A DNA stretch of 61,470 nucleotides from an uncultured Saprospiraceae bacterium. Its GTDB lineage: Bacteria > Bacteroidota > Bacteroidia > Chitinophagales > Saprospiraceae. The notes below the pieces were generated by a model, which was not told where the DNA came from, did no database searches, and saw nothing but the letters and a program-made list of their open reading frames with translations. The DNA is taken from the NCBI GenBank assembly GCA_964385665.1, contig CAYLPW010000001.1, forward strand, positions 1-61,470, written 5' to 3'. The position numbers and the translations under genes were made by a program. Positions within the stretch are counted from its first letter, which is position 1; each line of letters starts with the position of its first letter. Positions 25,163 to 36,135 of the stretch are shown one piece after another.

Positions 25163-27643
25163 ATGAAAATTCGATTTCTTCTTACCCTATTTTTCTTTTT
25201 TCTGCTTGGCATTGGGCTACATGGACAAAAGCCGACAGCCTCTGATTTGCTTCAACAGCTCGATGAAGTGCCAACCGCCTCCCAGCCGATACTTCATGTT
25301 CAAATTATAGAAGCATATAGAAATGAAAATCTAGAAACAAGTATCGCCTACGCTAAGCGTTTGGCCGACCAGCTTTCAGCGACTCATCCTTGTCTCAAGG
25401 CAATGTACTTGCAGGAGTTGGGACTCTCTTACTCACTCTACGGGAAAGACTCTCTGGCTTTAGATGCCTACTACAAGACGATACCTCTGGGGAAAGCTTG
25501 TTCAACAGATACCATAGTAGCCGATGTCTATCAAGAATTGGCGAATATCTACGCTAATAAGATACAAGATAATCAGCAATTTGCTGATTCGGCAAAATAT
25601 TACATTTCTGAAAGTATCGCTGCTTGCCAAGCCAACGAATCTAAAAGGGGGCTTTTGAGTGCTAAAATTTTGGAGCTTAGGATACTTAGCAACATCGGAG
25701 CGCATGAAGAGGCTCTGGATAAAGTCCTTCAGTTCTTGACTACTATTCCTACACTGAAAACTAAAAAACAGCAGTATCGAGCCTATGGAAGTGTTGCAGA
25801 AGTCTACAGTCGTATAGGTGAGTATGACCAAGCTATCAAATATTTTGAGAAAGCTGTTGAATTAGTTCAATCAACAGAAGACTATCAGTATCAGTCCTAT
25901 TGTTTGCAATATTTGGGATACATTTATCAACAAAAAGGAAAATTTGCCGCTGACCAAGATACAGCAAGGCGATTCTATTTAGCTGCCATTGCCTCCTATG
26001 AGGATAATATTCTCATTGACGAGATAACCAAGACTTATGTTGGAGTCTGTTATTCACGCATGGCAATCGGAAATAGTTATTGGGCGATTGGAGACCTCAA
26101 TAAAGCCATATCATCTTACGAAAAAGGCTATCAACTGGCGCAAGAGCAAACTTACAAAACCTATATTCTAGATATTGGAAGCGCATTAGCTAACGGGTAT
26201 GCTAAAAAAGGCGATAATAAAATAGCATTAACTATTTTAGAAGAGATAAAACCTCACTTACTCGACAATAGGACATTCGATAAAGCTTATTTCTATGAGA
26301 CGTTGGGACAAACTCAAAAAAATGTAAAGCAATATAAAGCTGCCAGTGAAAGCGCCGATTCCTCGCTTACTTACTACAAACAATATTATGCGCAGAAAGA
26401 TAGCAATATGAATGTGGCGCGAATACAAGCACTAAAAGAATTGGAAGTCCAATATGAAACGGAAAAGAAAGAACAAGAAATTGCGCTATTGACGGAACAA
26501 CAACTTACTCAAGAACTCCAACTAGAACAACAGCGCAACCAAATCATTTTACTGATTGGAGGCATAATGACGACCTTATTAATCGTTTTTCTTATTGCTT
26601 ACAATAGGCGAAAGCTGGCTTTAGCGAATCAGGAGGTCAGTCGGCAGCGAGACGAGATCTTAATACAAGCACAGCAACTGGAATCTGCTAATATGCAGCT
26701 CAAAGAACTCGATAAATTTAAACATAATCTACTTGCACTCATCGTACATGACTTAAAAAATCCACTCAACCTTATTCTAAATACCACCAATGTCAAACAG
26801 ATGCAGCAAGCAGCGACTCAAATGCTGCTGCTGGTCATGAATATTCTAGATATACAGCGATTGGAACAGACCACTCTAACTCTTGATCGACAAAATATAC
26901 CTATTTCTACTCTGATCCAACAGGCAGTTGATCAGGTACTTTTTTTAGCTGAACGTAAAAATATAACGATTAAAGTAGATGTCGAACACGCCGCTATAGT
27001 ACAAGTGGATCAAAGTTTGATGACCAGAACATTAGTCAATCTACTCACTAATGCTATTAAGTATACACCACTAAATAGTCAAGTTTTGATACAAATACAG
27101 CAGCGAACCAAAGAAGGCAGTAACAGCAGTGATCTACTACTAGAAGTCATCAATCCTGGTGAATTGGTTCCTTCAGGACGACAAGACGCTTTGTTTGAAG
27201 CTTTTGAACAAGCCCATCGAAAAAAATCTGGTAACATTCCATCGACTGGTCTAGGACTCAACTTCTGCAAATTGGCAGTAGAGGCACATGGAGGACACAT
27301 TGGCATACGCAATATAGAGGGATTTGGTGTAGCGGTTTGGATTCGATTGAGCGATTATTTATCGACCAAAGAGACAAAGATACTCAATGAAAACACTCCT
27401 GTACCTCCCTCACACGCTTCTCAGCTTACACACATCCAAGCCTATCAAGAAGAGCTGGCACAGATTAGTTTCTTTGAATTCGCTCGAATTTCAGAAGTAC
27501 TAGAACGCATACCAGAAGGACTAAGCGAAGAGGTAGCACAGTGGAAAGTGGCGGTCCGACTAGCAGCTACGAATAGCAATGAAGTGTGGTACAACCAATT
27601 GATCAATGATCCATCCGCTAGTCCGGGAATAAAAAAATACTAA
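25163..27643 (+). CDS. TPR-repeat sensor histidine kinase (single transmembrane segment)
   Basis: Signal peptide, then ~400 aa of TPR-like repeats, a coiled coil and a TM segment (IILLIGGIMTTLLIVFLIAY). H-box is LIVHDLKNPLN, N-box is NAIKYT and G2 is STGLGL. The G1 box is degenerate (VINPGEL instead of DxGxG). Confidence 0.85.
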   Translation: MKIRFLLTLFFFFLLGIGLHGQKPTASDLLQQLDEVPTASQPILHVQIIEAYRNENLETSIAYAKRLADQLSATHPCLKAMYLQELGLSYSLYGKDSLALDAYYKTIPLGKACSTDTIVADVYQELANIYANKIQDNQQFADSAKYYISESIAACQANESKRGLLSAKILELRILSNIGAHEEALDKVLQFLTTIPTLKTKKQQYRAYGSVAEVYSRIGEYDQAIKYFEKAVELVQSTEDYQYQSYCLQYLGYIYQQKGKFAADQDTARRFYLAAIASYEDNILIDEITKTYVGVCYSRMAIGNSYWAIGDLNKAISSYEKGYQLAQEQTYKTYILDIGSALANGYAKKGDNKIALTILEEIKPHLLDNRTFDKAYFYETLGQTQKNVKQYKAASESADSSLTYYKQYYAQKDSNMNVARIQALKELEVQYETEKKEQEIALLTEQQLTQELQLEQQRNQIILLIGGIMTTLLIVFLIAYNRRKLALANQEVSRQRDEILIQAQQLESANMQLKELDKFKHNLLALIVHDLKNPLNLILNTTNVKQMQQAATQMLLLVMNILDIQRLEQTTLTLDRQNIPISTLIQQAVDQVLFLAERKNITIKVDVEHAAIVQVDQSLMTRTLVNLLTNAIKYTPLNSQVLIQIQQRTKEGSNSSDLLLEVINPGELVPSGRQDALFEAFEQAHRKKSGNIPSTGLGLNFCKLAVEAHGGHIGIRNIEGFGVAVWIRLSDYLSTKETKILNENTPVPPSHASQLTHIQAYQEELAQISFFEFARISEVLERIPEGLSEEVAQWKVAVRLAATNSNEVWYNQLINDPSASPGIKKY

Positions 27644-30600
27644 TCCAACGTCTGTTCCAACGCTGTCTCGGTATTCGCTCGCTTTCGGTATTCTGTAGGA
27701 GAAATTTGGTATTCTTTTTTGAAGCACTTATTGAAGTAATTGACATCTTGAAAGCCTACTTGATACGCGATCTTAGAGATGCGCTCTGTCGTCTGTGCCA
27801 GTAATTGAATCGCATTGCTCAAGCGCACTTTCAGAATCAATTGCACTGGTGTAACACCAGTCAACGCCTTTATTTTTCGGTACAATTGGGAACGACTCAT
27901 TCCTAAATGATCACTCCATATTTCCACACTAAATTGCGTATTGTCGAGGTTGTTTTGAATGAGTGTCAAACTTGTCTCCAATAGCTCATCCTTCAGCGCA
28001 GTTGCTGTTGTTGCTTGTACCTGCAATTGCTGTCTATATTGGGCTTGCAACTGTTGACGTGTTTTCAGCAAATTGTTGATTCTTCCGACCAACAAAGCGG
28101 TATTAAATGGCTTATCTACGTAGTCATCTGCGCCCAATTTCCATCCAGTTAGACGGTGTTCAGCAGCCGTTTTCGCCGTAAGTAAAACAATAGGAATATG
28201 GTTCGTCCTAGGATGTTGTTTCAAGACAGCACAGAGTTCAAAACCATCTTGATGCGGCATCATGACATCACTGACGATTAGATCGGGAATTCGTTCTAGT
28301 GCCAACTGCTCTCCTTCCTGTCCATCCGAAGCCGTAATTACCCGAAAGTGAGCAGTCAATTCTTCCGCCAAAAAACTGCGCATATCCATATTATCCTCTA
28401 CCAACAAAACCAATTGACCAGTCTCTTTTTCTGGTAAAGTAGCTGATGCAGATTGATGGGGCGTATTGATATACTTGAGTCGTTCAATAACTTTAGCGGT
28501 TCGTTTCTGTGGCAGCTTCTCGCCTGCTGCCACCTCGTGGATAAGTGGCAGGCGAACTAGTATGGTAGTGCCTTGCGTCATTTGACTTTCCACCTGTATC
28601 GTTCCCCCTTGCATCTCCACGATTTTCTTCGTAAAGGCTAATCCCAAACCACTGCTATTGGCTTTCGATTCGGACTGAAAGGGCTGAAAGATCGTTTTGA
28701 GTTGATCGGCTTCAATACCCTTCCCAGTATCCGAAACCCGAATACAGATGAATGACAAATGGTCTTCCACTTCCGATTGTTCCTGATTGATTAGCACCTC
28801 GATCTGTCCTCCTTTTTCAGTGTATTTAAAAGCGTTGGAAATGAGGTTATAAAGGATGATCTCTAGTTTATCAGGGTCGAACCAGACTTGGTTGGGCAAT
28901 ACCCAACTACGAACGTGGTACTGAATCCCTTGCTCTTCGCTATGTGCTTTAAACGTCTCCGCGACATTCTTGATAAAAGAAACGATGTCTTCATTTGCAA
29001 ATTGCAACTGCAACTCCGCCACAGATGAGCGTCGAAAGTCAATTAATTGATTGATAAGTTTCGATAAGCGTTGGGCGTGTTTATAAATTTCCAGATGCTG
29101 TACATAGTGAGGTGCACCTTCGGAAGAGCGACGCAGTATTCGTTCTAGATGACCGATGATGAGTGTCAAAGGTGTTTTAAATTCATGGGATACATTAGTG
29201 AAAAATTCGAGCTTCATCTCATTCAATTCCTCCTTTCTCGTCACCTTCATTTGCTCCAAGGCAATGCGTGATTTTAACCGTTCTCGTACTTGTACAATAT
29301 GGCGGAAGAAATAGAGTATGCCACCAATAAATAAAGCATAGAAAAGGTAAGCGAGTTGTGTTTGCCAGAAGGGAGGTAACACCTTTACTGGAACTACTAA
29401 CTCCTCAGAACTCATTTGTTGTAACTCATTCAAAGCTTTGACACGAAAGGTGTAATGTCCAGGATCTAAATTTGTGTACGTCGCTGTTCTATTATCGCTT
29501 ACCTCATTCCAATCGTCGTCGAAGCCGTCCAATCGATAGGCGTAGGTAACTTTTGGCGTATGTTCGTAACTCAAAGACGTGTACTCGAAGGAGAATACAT
29601 TTTCATTCGGCTGCAATTCGATTGGTTGCTCTAGTAGGTCTTCGTTGCTGACTATTGGGAAGTAATGTTGCCAAGTACTCGCCGTTTCATTAGAAATTTT
29701 GAAGTCACTAATCACAATAGAAAGTGGCTCTGACTGCTGCTGATTTACTTCCTCTGGTAAAAACGTACTGATGCCTTGCGTACCTCCAAAGTATAACTGA
29801 TCGTCGAAAGCATGATAACTACATCTAGGCATGAACTGCTCCAACGCCAAGCGACTGGAAACCGCATAATTTTTGAACTCATTTATCTCAGGATCGAAGG
29901 AGGAGATGCCTGAAGTGGTACTCATCCAGAGCAATCCGTTTTCCCCTTGTTCGATGCTTTGAATGGACTGATCGTCTATCAAATGCTCATTGCGGTGCAG
30001 TTGAAACTCATTGGCTGCACTTTTAAATTCGTACAAACCCTCCAAAGATGCTAACCAAACTCGCCCTTTTCGATCCACAAAAATATCGGCGATACGCTCA
30101 TCGCTCAATAGCCCCAAACTCGCATAGTTAAGAATACGTCCATTGCTACGAATTAAGCTAACGCCTTTCATTGAACTGACCCAAATATCCCCCCAATGAT
30201 CCTGGTCAATATCATATACCCACTTGCTGGAAAGTCCGTCTGTGCTATTGGGTGTGGTAGTTTCTTGAAATAGCTCCGCCTGGCGTTGTGTCTCGTTGTA
30301 TTTAACAACACCAATGCCATGCAACGCGAACCATAAGTTATGATATTGATCTTCGTAAATAGAACGAATGTCGATCCGCTGTTTAGGGAATAGCCCATCA
30401 AAAATAGCATTGAAACTGATAAATTGCTCTTCATCGTCTGCTAGCCGTTGCAGACCACTATCATAGGAGGAAGTCCAAATTCGACCTTGACTATCTTCAA
30501 AGATGACAAACACTGTTCCCATACCCATACCTACGCCAGCTTCGTACAGTTTTGCACCTATGCGGTCAGGACGAATGCAAGTGATGCTCCCGTCAAAGTA

Positions 30601-31743
30601 GCCTATCCATATATTTTTATTGCGATCTTGCACCAGCGCAGTGGGTCGCTCCTTCAAGTTTGGATAGCTCAAGTCTAGTCGTCTAAATTTGTTATCAAGA
30701 TGACCATACCTCACCCCTTTGAATGCAGTACCTAGCCAAAGATGTCCATCCCGATCGAAATACACCGTGGAGGATAAAATAGAGCTGCTATTGGGCATTG
30801 CTACATGGATAGGAAAAACTTTAGTCTGCTCGATGATGGCACGAACAGTTTCTTCCTCCTCCATTTGATACAATCCAGTATTGGTCACGATCCATAAGTG
30901 ATCGGATACATCCAAGGCAATGGATTTAATGTACTCCTTCGTTTCCTTCAAAGGATGAGGTGTCCATATTAAAGTAGTATTGTCGTACGACCAAAGTCCG
31001 TGATCTTGTGACCCTAACCACATTTTTTTACCATCAAACAGTAGTGTAGATACACTTAGTCGCTCATGGATGGGTTGACTCAAGGGAATAGTTTGTGGGA
31101 TTCTCGGATTGAAACGGCTGATGCCCTGCGATTCGTAACCCAGCCAAATGTTGCCCTCTTCATCCAAACTCATCGCTTTAATTTCTTGTCCATGGACGAA
31201 ATTAGCCGTCGTTTGCGTGAAGGAGACAAAGTCATTAGAAGCTTCTCGATATAGGTTGAGTCCACGCTCTGTCCCTACCCAAATCTGCCCTGTCTCATCT
31301 TCCACTACACTATTTACCTTTCGACCGTTCAGACTATGCGGGTCGGCTTCTTTGTATTCAAAACTGGTAAACTGATCGCTACCATAGTCGTAGCGAGAAA
31401 GTCCATTAGAAGTCGCTACCCAAATCCGTCCTGTTCGATCTATAGTTAGGTCAATGACTTCATTATTAATGAGGCTAGTGGAATCGTTAGCGCGCTTCCT
31501 GAACGGTAAAAACGTATAGCCATCGTAGCGATATAGTCCGTTCTTTGTTCCTAACCACATAAAACCATATTGATCTTGCTCAATGGCAGAAATAGTGCTA
31601 TTCATCAGCTGTAAACTCTGCTCCAATGGCTCAAAATCAATTGCTGTTCTCTGCCCGAACGTCGGCGATGCCCACCAGCAGAATGCCAAAACCAAGAACA
31701 GTTCTAGTAGTGTTGTTTTTCGTTTGTTTGTTAAATACTGCAA
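27640..31743 (-). CDS. Hybrid two-component system regulator (HTCS): beta-propeller/Y_Y_Y sensor, HK, REC and AraC HTH
   Basis: Repeated WxGTxxGLxxYD propeller motifs and a Y_Y_Y region (YAYRLDGFDDDWNEV). TM segment, then H-box NVSHEFKTPL, HATPase, receiver DLIVSDVMMPHQDGFEL and a C-terminal AraC HTH (VGFQDVNYFNKCFKKEY). Confidence 0.92.
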   Translation of the reverse strand: MQYLTNKRKTTLLELFLVLAFCWWASPTFGQRTAIDFEPLEQSLQLMNSTISAIEQDQYGFMWLGTKNGLYRYDGYTFLPFRKRANDSTSLINNEVIDLTIDRTGRIWVATSNGLSRYDYGSDQFTSFEYKEADPHSLNGRKVNSVVEDETGQIWVGTERGLNLYREASNDFVSFTQTTANFVHGQEIKAMSLDEEGNIWLGYESQGISRFNPRIPQTIPLSQPIHERLSVSTLLFDGKKMWLGSQDHGLWSYDNTTLIWTPHPLKETKEYIKSIALDVSDHLWIVTNTGLYQMEEEETVRAIIEQTKVFPIHVAMPNSSSILSSTVYFDRDGHLWLGTAFKGVRYGHLDNKFRRLDLSYPNLKERPTALVQDRNKNIWIGYFDGSITCIRPDRIGAKLYEAGVGMGMGTVFVIFEDSQGRIWTSSYDSGLQRLADDEEQFISFNAIFDGLFPKQRIDIRSIYEDQYHNLWFALHGIGVVKYNETQRQAELFQETTTPNSTDGLSSKWVYDIDQDHWGDIWVSSMKGVSLIRSNGRILNYASLGLLSDERIADIFVDRKGRVWLASLEGLYEFKSAANEFQLHRNEHLIDDQSIQSIEQGENGLLWMSTTSGISSFDPEINEFKNYAVSSRLALEQFMPRCSYHAFDDQLYFGGTQGISTFLPEEVNQQQSEPLSIVISDFKISNETASTWQHYFPIVSNEDLLEQPIELQPNENVFSFEYTSLSYEHTPKVTYAYRLDGFDDDWNEVSDNRTATYTNLDPGHYTFRVKALNELQQMSSEELVVPVKVLPPFWQTQLAYLFYALFIGGILYFFRHIVQVRERLKSRIALEQMKVTRKEELNEMKLEFFTNVSHEFKTPLTLIIGHLERILRRSSEGAPHYVQHLEIYKHAQRLSKLINQLIDFRRSSVAELQLQFANEDIVSFIKNVAETFKAHSEEQGIQYHVRSWVLPNQVWFDPDKLEIILYNLISNAFKYTEKGGQIEVLINQEQSEVEDHLSFICIRVSDTGKGIEADQLKTIFQPFQSESKANSSGLGLAFTKKIVEMQGGTIQVESQMTQGTTILVRLPLIHEVAAGEKLPQKRTAKVIERLKYINTPHQSASATLPEKETGQLVLLVEDNMDMRSFLAEELTAHFRVITASDGQEGEQLALERIPDLIVSDVMMPHQDGFELCAVLKQHPRTNHIPIVLLTAKTAAEHRLTGWKLGADDYVDKPFNTALLVGRINNLLKTRQQLQAQYRQQLQVQATTATALKDELLETSLTLIQNNLDNTQFSVEIWSDHLGMSRSQLYRKIKALTGVTPVQLILKVRLSNAIQLLAQTTERISKIAYQVGFQDVNYFNKCFKKEYQISPTEYRKRANTETALEQTLD

Positions 31744-31804
31744 AGCAATATGCTATTTTGAATGACTGCTTGAAGTTATGAAATTTTATAGAATCCTCCA
31801 TTCA

Positions 31805-34800
31805 TTACTGAAGCTCTTCTAACTGAATGATTCGACTGACTGTTGCACCTTGAAAAAAAGTAATCTTATCTATTTGCTCATTTTTCAAAACCATTCGAGA
31901 AGACTGCGACAAATCCCCTTCTCCATAGTACAACTCCTGTTTTCGGATACGTCCATCTGTCAACTGAATCAGCGCGTGTGTTTCCATAGGCAGCGCAGCC
32001 ACTACTTCTCGTGGTTGTTCTGTACAATTCATAAATAATTTGGGGCGGTCACCATTGCGTGTCGCTAAGTAAGTCGGCTGTTGATTTTGATGTCGAATAC
32101 GTGCTAATGCTTTGGCAGTGCCTGGCACGTAAAAGCCATGTTGCGCCATCGGTATCGCTTCAAAACCATTCATGGGTGTTCCCAACAAAACAGTTCCTTT
32201 TTGTGCGTCGATCTGACCACTTTTAGTCGCATTTTCGTAGAGATTGCCCATCATCATCAAGTCAAGTTGTCCGTCTTGATTAACGTCCGACAGTTCCAAT
32301 CCAAAAACAGGAGCAAACTGCGCACACAACGGGAGCGGATGCCATCGAAAAGCAACATCTTTTCCATTTTCGCCACTCACATTTTCTAAATAGCCAGAAC
32401 GCAATTCAACCACTTCTCGCTGCATGGATTTCTCCAGCAAAGAGTCTGCCAATACGTCTTTCAACTGTGCATACGCATAGCTTTCATACGTCTGAAATTT
32501 TCGGCGCAGCATCAACAGTTGATCGATCATCTCGTCGCGACTATGCACGAAATGTAGTTGCCCTTCTAAATAGTGCGCCATCACTGGGTCTATGCTGCCG
32601 TTTTTATCAAAGTCATCAGCAAACAAATGAATGGGCTGCTCCGTAGAAGCTTTGAATTTACTATTTAATCCATAGTTACCAAACACATAGTCTGTATCGC
32701 CATCATTGTCTATGTCGCCTGCCGTAGCACTATTCCACCAACCAGAAAGATGGGGTAGTCCCAACTTTTTATTACTTAATCGCTCAAAATGGTCTTTTTT
32801 ATTCTCGAAAAACTGAATATTCATCCATTCGCCAGCAAGCACCAAATCAGGTAAGTCATCATTGTTAAAATCTGTCCAAAGAGCGGTCGTCACTAAGCCT
32901 ACTTGCTGCAACTCAGGAGCTAACTGTGGAGTCACATCGGTAAACCGACCACTATCGTTGCGCAGTAGATAGGAGTTTGGAATTTTGGGATATTGATTCG
33001 CTAGTAAACGCCCACCTACAAACAAGTCCAAATCGCCGTCGCGGTCAAAATCATTGGCGACGACTCTTGCGCTACTAGCTGTCATTTTTGGTAAGGCGTT
33101 GTCGGCACGTTGGAAGTTACCTTGACCATCATTGAAGTAAATATAGTCTTGATTTTCGGTAGTAGATTCATTGCCACCGCTACCTACATACACATCTAAA
33201 TCGCCGTCGCTATCTGCATCAAACAGCAACAGCGCAGCGTCTTCATATCCAGCCTCTATCAAGTCTTGACAAAGCGGACGATGCTGAAATGTACCGTTCT
33301 TCTGTTGTATAAATAGTTGTGTCGCTTGAGCGCGTGTTCCTCCCAAAATAAAGTCCTCCAAACCATCTTGACTAACATCTCCTACTGCCACAGCTGGTCC
33401 TGATGTAGAGTATTTTCGTTGTAGTAGACGTTCTGATTTGAAGTCAATATAGTCGTTCTCTTGATGCGTATAATTGGGAAGGAAAGTAGTACTTACTTCT
33501 TTCAAGAAGGGTTGATGAAGTTGTTTTTTAGACGCATTCGGAATGGTCGAATTATTTTGATCCAACACAAGTAGCTGGTTGGCTTCGATCTGTTCCAATC
33601 GCTGCTTTGTGCCATCTGTCCAAGTCACTTCTAGCCAATCAACTAACGTATCCTGCGCCAGCCCAAAATGCAAAAAAGGCTCTACCGAAGACTGATAGCC
33701 ACGGCAAGGGAAAAATTCAGCATACTGAAGGTGTCCGTTGGTACTAATCGCAACTTTTGCACCGATGCCGTTCGTGTTGGCTGCTGTTCCATTCAGTTGA
33801 ATGCGTAAGTGATTGGCAGTTGTTTTATTTTCGTAGAGAAAGGCTTTTTCGTTGATGTTATTGACCACCAAATCCAGGTCGCCGTCATTGTCCAAATCAC
33901 CATACGCCGCCCCATACGAAAAGGAAGGACGCTCCATGCCCCAGCTTTTCGTTTGGTCGGTGAGTTGTAGATCTCCACTATTTTCATAGACATAATTACT
34001 GCGGTCGATAGGATGCAATTCATTTAAAACTGGTCGTAGCAACTGCCGTCGTTCTTCCATGCTAAAAGTGCCATTGACACTGATGCGTCGGCTCGTAATG
34101 AAGTCATTGTCGATGATATCTTTCGGAAAGCCATTGGTGATGTGTAAGTCTTTATCGCCATCGTTATCTGCATCCATCCAAAGCGCACTCCAACTCCAGT
34201 CCGTTGCGTCCACGCCTAGTAGTTGTCCGATCTCGCTAAAGTTTGTTTGGCCATTGATTTCACCATTGTTGAGCTGGACAGTATTGCGTACATATTGCGG
34301 TTCGTAGCCGTAGTTTTTGCGGTAGCGTTCGACATCGTAGCTGACGGGTGCTTCTATCATTTTTCTGCGGGCGTGTTCAGGAGGTAGCATTTCCAACGTG
34401 ATGAGGTCAAGTAGGCTGTCGTTATTAAAGTCGGCCAAATCCGTTCCCATCGCTGACCAGCTTTGGTGGTCGATGTAGTCCCTAATTTCATTCATGAATG
34501 TGCCTTCATGGTTGATGTACAATAGGTCGTTGCTTAGAAAATCATTCGCTACATAAATGTCTGTCCAGCCGTCTTTATTAATATCGCCTAGCGCAATACC
34601 CAACCCATAACCCTCCCAAAGAATTCCTTTTTCCGCCGACACATCTTCAAAAACAGGATGACCGTTTTTCACCCCTTTGTTTTCATACAGCTTATCAGTA
34701 TTCGGATACGAGCCGTCCGATTTGCGTTTTCGGATAGTATTGTCGTAGCCCATTTCGGAGTGGTTATTGAGCAGATAAGCATCCAAGTCACCATCGTTAT

Positions 34801-35356
34801 CGTAGTCGAAAAAAGCAGCTTGTATGGTATATTGAGCATCGGCTAAGCCGTATTCGACCGCCATTTCTTGAAAAGTAAGCGGCTGCTCGTCGGTCGTTCC
34901 TTGATTAATATACAGCAAGTTACGCGTATCGCCAATATCTGCTCGTCCTGCTACGCTCACATAAATATCCAGCCATCCATCTGCATTGATGTCGACGATG
35001 GACACACCTGTACACCATCTATTTTTATTGGGTAATTGATCGTCGCTAAGCGGTTCAAAAGTAAGTTCCCCTTTGTTCAAATAGAGCTTTGACGCCACCA
35101 TATTTCCAGCAAAAAAGACATCCTGTAATCCATCTTTATCGAAGTCCGCAACTCCCACACCTGCGCCATGATAAATGTAGTCGAACTCCAATACATTAAA
35201 GGTGTCGTTTTCTTCAATCGTGTTGGCAAAATGAAGATGAGAAGCTTCGGCGGGGATTAGCTGAAAGCCGACTGTTTGTTGCTCCGATTTTTCTTGACAC
35301 GATAGACAAAAGCCACATAAAGCACAAAAAAAGAGAAGATAAAGTCGATAATTCAT
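31805..35356 (-). CDS. VCBS/FG-GAP repeat lipoprotein with a central ASPIC/UnbV domain (CRTAC1-like)
   Basis: Lipobox GFCLSC. Many D.D.DG..D[LI] FG-GAP/VCBS loops are present. The central UnbV_ASPIC-like block reads NGIGAKVAISTNGHLQYAEFFPCRGYQSSVEPFLHFGL. Confidence 0.85.
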   Translation of the reverse strand: MNYRLYLLFFCALCGFCLSCQEKSEQQTVGFQLIPAEASHLHFANTIEENDTFNVLEFDYIYHGAGVGVADFDKDGLQDVFFAGNMVASKLYLNKGELTFEPLSDDQLPNKNRWCTGVSIVDINADGWLDIYVSVAGRADIGDTRNLLYINQGTTDEQPLTFQEMAVEYGLADAQYTIQAAFFDYDNDGDLDAYLLNNHSEMGYDNTIRKRKSDGSYPNTDKLYENKGVKNGHPVFEDVSAEKGILWEGYGLGIALGDINKDGWTDIYVANDFLSNDLLYINHEGTFMNEIRDYIDHQSWSAMGTDLADFNNDSLLDLITLEMLPPEHARRKMIEAPVSYDVERYRKNYGYEPQYVRNTVQLNNGEINGQTNFSEIGQLLGVDATDWSWSALWMDADNDGDKDLHITNGFPKDIIDNDFITSRRISVNGTFSMEERRQLLRPVLNELHPIDRSNYVYENSGDLQLTDQTKSWGMERPSFSYGAAYGDLDNDGDLDLVVNNINEKAFLYENKTTANHLRIQLNGTAANTNGIGAKVAISTNGHLQYAEFFPCRGYQSSVEPFLHFGLAQDTLVDWLEVTWTDGTKQRLEQIEANQLLVLDQNNSTIPNASKKQLHQPFLKEVSTTFLPNYTHQENDYIDFKSERLLQRKYSTSGPAVAVGDVSQDGLEDFILGGTRAQATQLFIQQKNGTFQHRPLCQDLIEAGYEDAALLLFDADSDGDLDVYVGSGGNESTTENQDYIYFNDGQGNFQRADNALPKMTASSARVVANDFDRDGDLDLFVGGRLLANQYPKIPNSYLLRNDSGRFTDVTPQLAPELQQVGLVTTALWTDFNNDDLPDLVLAGEWMNIQFFENKKDHFERLSNKKLGLPHLSGWWNSATAGDIDNDGDTDYVFGNYGLNSKFKASTEQPIHLFADDFDKNGSIDPVMAHYLEGQLHFVHSRDEMIDQLLMLRRKFQTYESYAYAQLKDVLADSLLEKSMQREVVELRSGYLENVSGENGKDVAFRWHPLPLCAQFAPVFGLELSDVNQDGQLDLMMMGNLYENATKSGQIDAQKGTVLLGTPMNGFEAIPMAQHGFYVPGTAKALARIRHQNQQPTYLATRNGDRPKLFMNCTEQPREVVAALPMETHALIQLTDGRIRKQELYYGEGDLSQSSRMVLKNEQIDKITFFQGATVSRIIQLEELQ

Positions 35357-35568
35357 CGCAAATAAGGCTATTGACCAAATAATATTTTAGACCGTCTATT
35401 GATAAAGACAACCGCTTCTCTGCCTTCCCTAAAGGCGTTTCCTCGCTTTTTGCAACATTTATTACCAGCTTTTGCAACATCTGTATGGATACTACAAAGC
35501 GGTTTCCCGATAACTTTATCCACACAAACGAAAACGAAAAACAACAGTACGAACGACAACTATAAACA

Positions 35569-36135
35569 ATGAAAAAACAAACACCCATCACTTCTGGTGA
35601 TCTGAAAAACAAATTGACCACCACCCTAGCTTTTCAAGAATTATTTGAGACCGAACAAAGTAATCTACGCCGATTCACCTACAAGTACGTCAAAGACAAA
35701 ACAGTAGCCGAGGACTTGGTCGCGGATGTCTTTAGTATCTTATGGCGCAAACGCACTTTACTCATGCAAGCCCGCAATCCAAAAAGCTACCTTTACTGCT
35801 CCATGCGCAACCGCATTTTGAACTACACGAAAGCGAATCGTCGAGCGCAGCAGCAAACCGTCGAACTCTCAGAACAGCACCATTTTTTGAGTGACGCTAC
35901 TTCGCCTGAATCCCTTTTTCTTTCTAAAGAATTGGGCGAACAACTACAGCAAGCCATTGATTTACTGCCTCCTCGCTGCCACTCCATTTTTACCGCTGTT
36001 CGCCTGCAACAAATGAGCTACAAAGAAGCTGCTGAACAACTAGATACAAGCGTCAAAAATGTGGAAGTTCAATTGAGAATCGCGTCGATTAAAATTCGGA
36101 AGTGGATGGAAGAGTATGCGGAGCGAGTGGCTTAA
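35569..36135 (+). CDS. ECF-type RNA polymerase sigma-70 factor
   Basis: Region 2-like AEDLVADVFSILWRK and region 4 HTH MSYKEAAEQLDTSVKNVEVQL. Size is 188 aa. No FecR-like anti-sigma gene is adjacent. Confidence 0.85.
   Translation: MKKQTPITSGDLKNKLTTTLAFQELFETEQSNLRRFTYKYVKDKTVAEDLVADVFSILWRKRTLLMQARNPKSYLYCSMRNRILNYTKANRRAQQQTVELSEQHHFLSDATSPESLFLSKELGEQLQQAIDLLPPRCHSIFTAVRLQQMSYKEAAEQLDTSVKNVEVQLRIASIKIRKWMEEYAERVA

Noticed and set aside
27640-27643. Convergent gene pairs whose stop codons overlap (27640-27643 and 36132-36135)
   Set aside because: The overlaps are real in the sequence. Overlapping convergent ends are common in compact genomes, so this is noted only as context for the sigma/PAP2 finding.
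35214-35624. ORFs of 136 and 63 aa in the VCBS / ECF-sigma divergent promoter region
   Set aside because: They overlap the 5' ends of both well-supported genes and have Cys/Phe-rich low-complexity products.
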